The notes under the pieces are model-generated. The model had not been told where the DNA came from, made no database searches, and worked only from the letters and a program-made list of their open reading frames with translations. Below, in pieces: positions 28,393-35,941 of a DNA stretch of 64,000 nt. The stretch lies in IMG/VR virus record IMGVR_UViG_3300009709_000002, positions 128,001 through 192,000 of that record; one strand, written 5' to 3'. The stretch comes from a virus (taxonomy: Duplodnaviria; Heunggongvirae; Uroviricota; Caudoviricetes). The stretch's first letter is position 1; the number at the start of each line of letters is the position of its first letter. A program made the translations under genes and the position numbers.

Positions 28393-28659
28393 TTAGATGG
28401 TCAGCGTCTTGATGGCTTCATAGAAACCACCGTCAAATTTGTCTTGGTCGAAGCCGGCGTTGACGAAAGCATTAACCAGCTTCGTGAATTCTTTCTTGTT
28501 GACGTTGGTGCTGCTCAGCTGCATGTACACGAAAGCTCGTGTGCTATGAGCACGAAACTGAACGCTTTTCGTCCCATCTTCGGAGGTGTACGTGTAAGCT
28601 TCCTCTTGACGGCCTTCACCAGGAACGTTGGTGCGATCGACGAGGTTGAACTTAATCAT
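28393..28659 (-). CDS. Hypothetical protein
   Basis: 88 aa, downstream of a promoter. Confidence 0.6.
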   Translation of the reverse strand: MIKFNLVDRTNVPGEGRQEEAYTYTSEDGTKSVQFRAHSTRAFVYMQLSSTNVNKKEFTKLVNAFVNAGFDQDKFDGGFYEAIKTLTI

Positions 28660-28689
28660 GTTGTTTCTCGGTTGGTTGACGTTAGAGTT

Positions 28690-28719
28690 ATTATATCCTC
28701 AACCGATGAACAAGTAAAC
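28690..28719 (-). promoter_or_regulatory. Sigma70-type promoter
   Basis: GTTTAC-N18-TATAAT. Confidence 0.75.
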
Positions 28720-28729
28720 CCTTTTGTGC

Positions 28730-29116
28730 TCAGACGTCGGTGTGACGTTGATTTTCTTTGTTCGTCAGATCGTGAACGAGCATGATAACGTTGACTTCAG
28801 GATGCTCAGCCTTGATGATCTTTGCCTGAACCTCGTCATCCTCGAAGTGGCAAGCGATCTGATAGCCATAGCTCTTCAACTTCTGAATCTGAGCTGCTTT
28901 ATGGAAACCAGACGATTCACGGGTCTTAGCTTCGTACGGCAGCGGATTGAAGTGAACCAGGTTGTGGATGCCGCGTTTCTGTAGCATCTTGATCGTCTCA
29001 TCCGTTTCTTCGAATGAGCGGCCGGTGATGATGTGATCTGCTGGGCCTGGATGGACGCCACCGAACTCTTTGCCGATGTAGATGACGCCGTCGATGTCAA
29101 ATGTGTTGATTTTCAT
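28730..29116 (-). CDS. Capless HAD-family phosphatase
   Basis: FDIDGV (DxD), ITGRS, K, FEDD; TAATG-coupled to the glycosyltransferase. Confidence 0.85.
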   Translation of the reverse strand: MKINTFDIDGVIYIGKEFGGVHPGPADHIITGRSFEETDETIKMLQKRGIHNLVHFNPLPYEAKTRESSGFHKAAQIQKLKSYGYQIACHFEDDEVQAKIIKAEHPEVNVIMLVHDLTNKENQRHTDV

Positions 29117-30408
29117 TAGAAGCTCAGTAAACTATTGATTGAAACTTTTTCAACTTCAGCATAGCGTTCCATCGTGTCCCAAAGCGTCTTGTTGAGCTCT
29201 GAGATGCGAACAGAGCGTGCATGACGAGTCATGACTTCTCGTTGAATCTTCCCTCGTTCTTCGAGATCATTGAGACGAGGATCAGCAACGGCCGCAGTGA
29301 GCGCATCGCCAAATTCTTGCTTACGAGACAGAAGTACAGGAATGAAGTAGTCTTTGCCTAGAGTATCAAAGCAGGCATGATGAACAGTCCCGTCACGAAG
29401 CGTCTTACAGAAGACGAGAGACGGTACACCGTAAGTTCCTGCCTCGAGAGGTGCTACTGGCGACGACTCCACGGGGCACGTAACAAATAGCCCGCGCGCT
29501 TTCGAAAGGTCTTGAAGAAGCTCTTTACGAGGGGAATTACAGCAAAAATTAACAAGGCCAGGATGACGATTATCCAGGGTATCTCGGTGCGGTTTGATTT
29601 GCTCATTGTAGTACTCGTAGTCTTCGAGATTGCCGCCGAAAGCAATATAGACCTTAACCTTCGGAGGATTGGCCATGAAAGTCATCCCTTCGAGTAGCTT
29701 TCCGATGTTTTTGTCCTTCTCAGGACGCCCAATGACCATGAAATAGTCATCAGGAGCTTCAGCTTTTGGTGCAAGCGAGTTGATCGCCGTAGAATAGCAG
29801 ACCTTGTCAAAGATGCGATCGATCTCTTCATCTGACTTGATGAAGGCAAAGTGCTCACTGCCAGACTGATAGCGGCGGTGAATCAGCTTCCGCCACATGT
29901 CTCGTTGATGTTTTGAAACGCAGACAAGCGTACTGCCGTTCAACGTCATGTCACGATAGCCTTGAAGCTTCGCGAACATGCTCATATCACCAGCAGTCTC
30001 TGGCGTATTGTGGATGACACAGAGAACTGGAATGGTCTTTGACAGCTCAGCGCAGAGCTTGACGTGTGAGCTCGAGAAGCTATGGTTGATGATAGCCTCA
30101 GGTTCGAGCTGCTTGATCGTAGCTCGAATTTCAGCGGTCTTCAGCTTATTGAGACGACCTTTTTCTTGCTTGGTCACCTCGCCAGCAACTTCATAGCTTT
30201 CTTCCGAACCAGCCGAGAGCTTCACGATCTTGATTTCTGGACGATCCGGAAACACCGCATCATCCGAGTCAGACGTCGTCAAGAACAGAACTTCATGACC
30301 AAGATCAGCAAGAAGCTCGGCATGGAGTCGCTCGACAGTTTGAATGCCGCCACCAAGCTTTCCAGCGATGTGGCGCTTTTCCATCTGACACAGAACCAAA
30401 ACTCTCAT
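29116..30408 (-). CDS. GT-B fold glycosyltransferase (GT4-like)
   Basis: GGGIQTV...LGHEV, VIHN, VCVS, GRPEKDKN, ESSPVAPLEA (E-x7-E). Confidence 0.85.
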   Translation of the reverse strand: MRVLVLCQMEKRHIAGKLGGGIQTVERLHAELLADLGHEVLFLTTSDSDDAVFPDRPEIKIVKLSAGSEESYEVAGEVTKQEKGRLNKLKTAEIRATIKQLEPEAIINHSFSSSHVKLCAELSKTIPVLCVIHNTPETAGDMSMFAKLQGYRDMTLNGSTLVCVSKHQRDMWRKLIHRRYQSGSEHFAFIKSDEEIDRIFDKVCYSTAINSLAPKAEAPDDYFMVIGRPEKDKNIGKLLEGMTFMANPPKVKVYIAFGGNLEDYEYYNEQIKPHRDTLDNRHPGLVNFCCNSPRKELLQDLSKARGLFVTCPVESSPVAPLEAGTYGVPSLVFCKTLRDGTVHHACFDTLGKDYFIPVLLSRKQEFGDALTAAVADPRLNDLEERGKIQREVMTRHARSVRISELNKTLWDTMERYAEVEKVSINSLLSF

Positions 30409-31455
30409 TTAGAACTCCAGTAGGCTGGCAGCTCGTTCGGAATCTGCCTTCTTCTTTTCGGCTTCGGCCGTCTTCTTCTTTTCCTTGTTCACCTCAAGCT
30501 TTCTCGCATTGATAAGCTCTGGCTTCTCCAAGAATCGTTGATAGACGCCAAACTGACAGCAAGTAATCTCACACCCGAACGATGTTAGGAAATCTACGTG
30601 CTGCGTAGGCTTCAAATTTTGCGAGAGTGCCTTACGATCGACATCCTCATGTTCGAATATTATATCTTGATTGTCGCGAATGTAAAGGAGTATTTGCTGG
30701 TCGGTGACTTTATCCTTCTTTTGATTCGGATAGAGCTTCTCGATGGTCTTGTGAGCACCAGGACCGGCAATCACAAAGTCCTCATTCTCATTCATCGAGA
30801 TATCATAGCATCGAGCCAGGTTGGAATTTGCGTGATAGCCGTAGTAGTTGCCGATGCCTCGGTAGCTCGTCAGCTTTTTGAATGCTTCTTCCATCGTCGG
30901 GCGACATGCATAGAAGTCGATGAGACCACCCTTCTTGAATGAGGCGATCCACTCGATCATGTTGGCCCAATCGGTGTTACCAACCGCTCCACCACAATAC
31001 TCACGAGCAGCAGTTTGTAGTGACGTGCGAAGCTCTGTCGTTCCCCACTGTTCTTTCTTCTCAGTGCGAGCTCGAAGCAGATTAGCCCGAATCCACTCTT
31101 GATAATCTTCATCTTCAGGCAAACGCTCAAAGTCAATGAGATTCTTCGTTGAGAATTCTGTCTCATTGATCGCGTTCAAGATAGCCTGAGCCGGCCCGTA
31201 GAACTTGACTGCAAAAGCGTTCAAGATCTTGTTGGTGAAGGATACTTCTTCATTGAAGATGTATTTCATCAACCAATCGACCTCACCGTGGCGAGTACGA
31301 TTAGGGTGCCAGTACATTACGTCAATTTGTAGTGCCGGGTGCGGCGGCACATACTCATCTTTTCTTCCTTCAGAGATCAACACTTCACGCTTGTTGATCT
31401 CCTTCAGGAAGTACTTCAGTTCTGCTAGAACCGTTTTGTCAAATTTGTCAATCAT
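30409..31455 (-). CDS. aGPT-PPlase-type (HhH glycosylase-fold) DNA base-hypermodification transferase
   Basis: LTSYRGIGNYYGY HhH-like motif, DFVIAGPGA signature, CEITCCQFGVYQR. Confidence 0.7.
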   Translation of the reverse strand: MIDKFDKTVLAELKYFLKEINKREVLISEGRKDEYVPPHPALQIDVMYWHPNRTRHGEVDWLMKYIFNEEVSFTNKILNAFAVKFYGPAQAILNAINETEFSTKNLIDFERLPEDEDYQEWIRANLLRARTEKKEQWGTTELRTSLQTAAREYCGGAVGNTDWANMIEWIASFKKGGLIDFYACRPTMEEAFKKLTSYRGIGNYYGYHANSNLARCYDISMNENEDFVIAGPGAHKTIEKLYPNQKKDKVTDQQILLYIRDNQDIIFEHEDVDRKALSQNLKPTQHVDFLTSFGCEITCCQFGVYQRFLEKPELINARKLEVNKEKKKTAEAEKKKADSERAASLLEF

Positions 31456-32585
31456 CAGAAGAATCCAATTCGTTTGCTCTTAAATTCTCGATCAACGTGG
31501 TGCTCAGGCTCGAAGATTTCAGCGAGCGTATATTCCTCGCGAGGATGCAACGTATGCTTGATTCCTGCCTGATCGGCCAGGTTTTGCGCTTCCTCAGGAG
31601 TCAGCTTGCGGAAATCAAGTACATCATGGCAACGGCCTGGACGAATGAGTGCGTGATCGATGCTATCATATTTAGTGAGGTTAGCACTGAACACGATTTT
31701 CTTAGACGCAACTTTGATCAGACCATCAGAGATGTTCAGAATACGAGACATCAGCTTGTTGCCGTGATCTTCTCGGCTCGTGATCATCAGATCAGCGTCT
31801 TCGATGACGAGAAGATCTTGCTCATCATTCATCAAGAAGTTGATGAAGAAGTCATCCATCGCGAGAATTGCTTCATCAAACGTCAGAACAGCCGTGAGCT
31901 TATTGTTGTAGATCATGCTACGGGTGAATGAGGTCTTGCCAGTTCCAGGAGGCCCGAGCAGCAACAGAATGCTGGCGTCGCTTTCAAGGTAGCGCTTTTG
32001 GTAAGCGTCGATACCTTCAGTCATCCACGGATAGAAGGCATCTAGCGCTTTCTTCGGTTCTTCCAGCATGATCGTGCGTTGACGGCAGCTACCTTCAGAG
32101 AGGTAGTACCAGTAGACCTTGGAAAGCTTGAGGTGAGCGAAAGCTGCGTCGACGAGCTCTGCAAACTTGTTCACGAGCTTCATCGGGCCGAAAACGTCGA
32201 TTTGAATGATGCGGTTCTTGCAATCAGTTGGTGCAGCTTCATAGCCAGCAAGCTGGTCATGCGTGCGGATGATCATGATGTTCTGACCACCTTCAACGAT
32301 CACATCGGCGTCGAAAGCGTTGGACTGCGTGAACTCGTAGACGAACTGAGATGGCTTGTAAAATCCACCAGTGTTCTTGTTGATGGTTTCTTCAGCGGCT
32401 TCAAATGCGATCTTCTCGATTTGCTCAAGCGCATACACGAAAGTTCCGCGGAAGCTGATCTTGATCTGCGTGGTGAAGATGCTATCATTGAGCTGGTCTT
32501 TGAACTGAAAGATTTCAAGATAACTTGCGTCAGACTTATTGTACGCGTTGACGTTAAGATTTACACTTGGAACTTGAATAGACAC
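31455..32585 (-). CDS. AAA+ ATPase
   Basis: GPPGTGKT, LVIEDAD, LNISDG, ALIRPGR, C-terminal IGF. Confidence 0.88.
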   Translation of the reverse strand: MSIQVPSVNLNVNAYNKSDASYLEIFQFKDQLNDSIFTTQIKISFRGTFVYALEQIEKIAFEAAEETINKNTGGFYKPSQFVYEFTQSNAFDADVIVEGGQNIMIIRTHDQLAGYEAAPTDCKNRIIQIDVFGPMKLVNKFAELVDAAFAHLKLSKVYWYYLSEGSCRQRTIMLEEPKKALDAFYPWMTEGIDAYQKRYLESDASILLLLGPPGTGKTSFTRSMIYNNKLTAVLTFDEAILAMDDFFINFLMNDEQDLLVIEDADLMITSREDHGNKLMSRILNISDGLIKVASKKIVFSANLTKYDSIDHALIRPGRCHDVLDFRKLTPEEAQNLADQAGIKHTLHPREEYTLAEIFEPEHHVDREFKSKRIGFF

Positions 32586-32651
32586 AGAAGAACCTCTAAC
32601 TATAATTTGCGATATTTGAAATACTATACTACATTACAACAAAATGATATT

Positions 32652-33119
32652 TTAGGTGTCAAACCAAAATGTCTTACCATCTGTTGTTATTGCACAATCT
32701 GGAGAAAAGCGAATCTTTTTCACTTTCTTCATTAGTTCACCAACTTCTTGACCAATTACAGTAAAGCAAAATTGTTCACCGCCTGGTATCCAAACATCTT
32801 CCAACAACATTACTTCAGACCGCATCAAGATAGTTTTGACTATCTTATTAACATCTTTTTGTTTTGGCACTGGAAATGCTTGATCATTTTCATCAATATC
32901 GGTGTAATATTGACTCCAAAATTTGTCTAAAAGTTCAGATTGAACAATTAAATGTACAAGAAGTTCATTATCTTTGTCTCTAAAGAATACTCTATGGCAA
33001 TTGTTGTCATATCCAGTTTCTTTATCAAGATTCACCATTGATGAAATATCAGGATTCACCCATTTATTCTTGAATCCATTATAGTCGATCATCAAAATTT
33101 CAAATTTATCATCAATCAT
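32652..33119 (-). CDS. Hypothetical protein (AT-rich insert)
   Basis: Overlaps the endonuclease stop; low GC. Confidence 0.55.
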   Translation of the reverse strand: MIDDKFEILMIDYNGFKNKWVNPDISSMVNLDKETGYDNNCHRVFFRDKDNELLVHLIVQSELLDKFWSQYYTDIDENDQAFPVPKQKDVNKIVKTILMRSEVMLLEDVWIPGGEQFCFTVIGQEVGELMKKVKKIRFSPDCAITTDGKTFWFDT

Positions 33120-33720
33120 GTTTTCTCTTCTTACACTTATCACCATGATATGCAATCATAGAATTGTATTGACCTGTTTTTCCACAATGCTCACAAGTGA
33201 AAACCGGTCTATTTGATGCAGCTGTTTTATAGTTCTCGCGAGCTTCATCAGTGCGAACTTTACCAAGATTAGCCTTTCCAGCATTAGATGAATTTTCTGA
33301 GCGCCATTCTTTAGATTTGTTCATCAAAACATTGCTTATATGATCTCTTGTCTCTTTGTCATGCGTTTTACCAAAGAAACCATTCTTTTCACCAAGCGCG
33401 CTTTGTCTTCGTTTTTCTCTAGTTTCTTCAGTCATTGGTCCTCTATAACCACCAATTCCGCCTGGTGCTATATTCCACCCTATCTGGGCTACAGGACGAA
33501 GCTCTTTTTCTTTGTCATACGCATCCATGAAATTTTCAAATTCTTGGAGGATAACAAGGCACGAGAACGTGAGCCGATATTTTCTAATGCCGTGTCCGAC
33601 TTTATAAATGCTTTTTGTATGACTGTCAAACCTGCCTTTGACGTCATTCGTTACACCAACGTAACCGAGCTGTATGTTAGTTGGATCAGTTGGATGTGGG
33701 ATATGATAGAGATAGTACAA
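33112..33720 (-). mobile_element. Free-standing GIY-YIG homing endonuclease with NUMOD3 and a Zn-ribbon tail
   Basis: YYLY...YVG, RFDSH, E, WN; NGFFGKTHDKETR; CEHC; AT-rich. Confidence 0.8.
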
Positions 33721-33767
33721 GTGGAGATCTCCGTGTTTGAAATATTTATCAACACAGAAATCTCCAC
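33721..33767 (-). promoter_or_regulatory. RBS-sequestering hairpin with a late promoter in its loop
   Basis: GTGGAGATTTCTGTGTTGA-TAAATATT-TCAAACACGGAGATCTCCAC, then TTG start. Confidence 0.7.
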
Positions 33768-33790
33768 CGCTAAATTATGTCTTTAGCTTA

Positions 33791-35074
33791 TCATTCGTAA
33801 TCAGTTTTACTATCCTGGAAGGTATATGGCAAATCACGTGCAATTGGATCATTTACTTTCTTTTGCGGCTCAGTCATAGCCGTATAAGTGCGACGAGCGA
33901 GAGCATCACATTCAAATTTTGCATCAGCTGATGTCATTTGGCACGGAGGGCTCTTCTGTGTATACGCAGAGCATCCGCGCAGGTAACCAACGATACCCAT
34001 CTCAGCAGCGACGCGGCAGAAACGAATTGCCGAGATTACCACACCACCCGAGTTAGGGCTATCTTGCACAGACATACGAGCAGTAAGCTCATAACGAGCT
34101 CCACCAAATCCATATGCCACGATATCAAGATTAGCGATCTTGTTATCTGATCCCACATATTGACCACCCGGTTTTTGCAGCACTGTCAGTGACGGACCTG
34201 CGTAAAGCGTCATACCAGCTGTGCCAGCACCACGAACTACGTTTTGACCCTTCAGCACGTTTTCCTTCGATACGTGCTTGCTGTGCAGACGTTCCTTGTT
34301 TGCCATGTTCAGGAAGTCGGTGTTAGCCGTGCGACCTGTACGAATATGCTCTTGACCTTGCGTCGAGCCTGCAGCCATGTTCATCTGAATGTGCTGAGTA
34401 ACCATCAGGCCAGCATCCAGCATCGCACCTTGGAGAACTTCCGACAGACGGCTTGCGCCCCAGATCGAACGCATATCCGAGCCGACGATCGTCAGGCCAG
34501 CATCGATGAATTGCTGTTCGGTTTCCATCGCTTCCTTCGTCGAGATACGAGTCGGGATGCAGTTAACCATGTGGCAGCCTGCTGCTACTGCCGCGTCGAT
34601 GTAGAACTTCGATGCAGTTTCTGACCCAACCGGGCAGTAGTTGATAACAACTTCTGCTTTGATCGACTTCAGAATTTCAACTACTTCATTGAAGGTGAGT
34701 TCTGGTTGCTTGTCATCCACGCGGAAAGAAACATCTTCCGGGAAATCATGCATGTACGGTGCAACACCGTCAAGAACCGGACCCTTGTAAACACGTGCGT
34801 GAGGAGCGATTGCAGCATCGGTGATCTCAGTGACGTGATCCATGGCGCAGTTCGGCGAGGCACGAAGAGCTTCCTTCAGCGGACGGTTCACCTTGCGCTT
34901 ATCGATGTCGAAACCACCAACAAAGACGATATCTTGAGCAGCGTAGCCGCCGATATCTTCATACATCAGACCGACTTTGTCATCCGGATTTTCGATGTAA
35001 TATTGAACGCCTTCTACGAGACTTTTTGCACAGTTACCTACGCCGACGATCGCGACGCGAATTTTGTTAGACAT
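33791..35074 (-). CDS. ino1: myo-Inositol-1-phosphate synthase (bacterial/archaeal type)
   Basis: IRVAIVGVGNCA, YCPVGSE, NCIP, NTDFLNM, SKHVSK, DNK, QDSPNS, KSPP. Confidence 0.9.
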   Translation of the reverse strand: MSNKIRVAIVGVGNCAKSLVEGVQYYIENPDDKVGLMYEDIGGYAAQDIVFVGGFDIDKRKVNRPLKEALRASPNCAMDHVTEITDAAIAPHARVYKGPVLDGVAPYMHDFPEDVSFRVDDKQPELTFNEVVEILKSIKAEVVINYCPVGSETASKFYIDAAVAAGCHMVNCIPTRISTKEAMETEQQFIDAGLTIVGSDMRSIWGASRLSEVLQGAMLDAGLMVTQHIQMNMAAGSTQGQEHIRTGRTANTDFLNMANKERLHSKHVSKENVLKGQNVVRGAGTAGMTLYAGPSLTVLQKPGGQYVGSDNKIANLDIVAYGFGGARYELTARMSVQDSPNSGGVVISAIRFCRVAAEMGIVGYLRGCSAYTQKSPPCQMTSADAKFECDALARRTYTAMTEPQKKVNDPIARDLPYTFQDSKTDYE

Positions 35075-35088
35075 TGTAAGACCTTAAC

Positions 35089-35157
35089 ATTTCAGTTGTT
35101 GACGGGCATTGGTCGATGGTGTTTCACACCAGAGTAGGCCCGGGTTCAAAATGAACC
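35089..35157 (-). ncRNA. Tandem structured leader motif, copy 2 (gene-proximal)
   Basis: GGUUCA-UUU-UGAACC, CGGGC CUACUC [hairpin] CCAAU GCCCG, UC AACAACUGAAAU. Confidence 0.7.
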
Positions 35158-35196
35158 AACTAGAGGAGAGACTTGCTCAAATCAGATTGGTCCGCT

Positions 35197-35271
35197 ATTT
35201 CAGTTGTTAACGCACATTGGCTCGTATAAGACGGTGCTCATCGGAGAGTAGGTGCGGAATGCATTGCATCC
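35197..35271 (-). ncRNA. Tandem structured leader motif, copy 1
   Basis: GGAUGC-AAU-GCAUUC, CGCAC CUACUC [hairpin] CCAAU GUGCG, UU AACAACUGAAAU. Confidence 0.7.
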
Positions 35272-35280
35272 ATTACCTAA

Positions 35281-35310
35281 ATCTTAACTTCTTTCAAACA
35301 ACCTGTACAT
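35281..35310 (-). promoter_or_regulatory. Sigma70-type promoter for the ino1 leader
   Basis: ATGTAC-N18-TAAGAT; predicted +1 near 35274; a late ATAAATA also lies at 35348. Confidence 0.55.
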
Positions 35311-35373
35311 TTTAAAGTGCAAAATTGTTTGATGATTTAGATAGAAGTATTTATAAGAGTCCAGCGTGATGCT

Positions 35374-35586
35374 TCAATTTTCGCGAATCATTCGAAGTGC
35401 TTCAACCTTCGTGAAATCTGGGATCAGGTCTGGCGAGTAAAGCAGCCGCCAGGTTCCGTCAGGTAGCTCATCGAGATGAATGAAGTTCTTCCCCGTCCTC
35501 GGACTTGCCGCTTTTGAGATGTCTAAAACGAGGTTCGTGCCTTCGATAGCTATCGAGCGCTTCGGATCTTGTGATTTCTTTTTCAT
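35374..35586 (-). CDS. Hypothetical protein
   Basis: 70 aa; overlaps the 3' end of the upstream ORF. Confidence 0.5.
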   Translation of the reverse strand: MKKKSQDPKRSIAIEGTNLVLDISKAASPRTGKNFIHLDELPDGTWRLLYSPDLIPDFTKVEALRMIREN

Positions 35587-35941
35587 GCTCTTCTTTATAA
35601 AAGTCTATGAATGTTTGTGGAACTTCTATGCCACCATTTTCTATGACACGCCTAAGCCTTCCTGCGATCAACCGACGAGCTTCTGAAAGCGTTATGTCAT
35701 CTAGCAGCGCCCACAGCAATGTCCATAAATCAGTTGCAATCATCATCGATATCTGATGCCGAGCTGCTTCTAAATATGGCTTTGGCATGTGAAAATTCTT
35801 CTTACTATCAAGCTTTTCAACCTGAAATGTAATGCCTGGATTACCTGGCAACATCTCAAGTTGAGATTGATAGCGTTCGTCATATGGATTATACAGGCGA
35901 GCTTCCACCTGTATATCCTCTTGATGAATTGGAATGAACAT
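35468..35941 (-). CDS. Hypothetical protein
   Basis: TGATG-coupled to the upstream gene. Confidence 0.55.
   Translation of the reverse strand: MFIPIHQEDIQVEARLYNPYDERYQSQLEMLPGNPGITFQVEKLDSKKNFHMPKPYLEAARHQISMMIATDLWTLLWALLDDITLSEARRLIAGRLRRVIENGGIEVPQTFIDFYKEEHEKEITRSEALDSYRRHEPRFRHLKSGKSEDGEELHSSR

Noticed and set aside
35089-35271. The tandem motif as a mini CRISPR array, terminator pair or NAD+-I riboswitch
   Set aside because: The copies vary inside stems with compensation, unlike CRISPR repeats; there is no U tract; ACAAC and CUAC words occur but in a different order and pairing from the NAD+-I aptamer as I recall it.
35468-35586. 119-nt overlap of two ORFs as a programmed frameshift
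   Set aside because: A lost stop codon in the upstream ORF is a simpler explanation; no clear slippery site with a stimulatory structure was seen.
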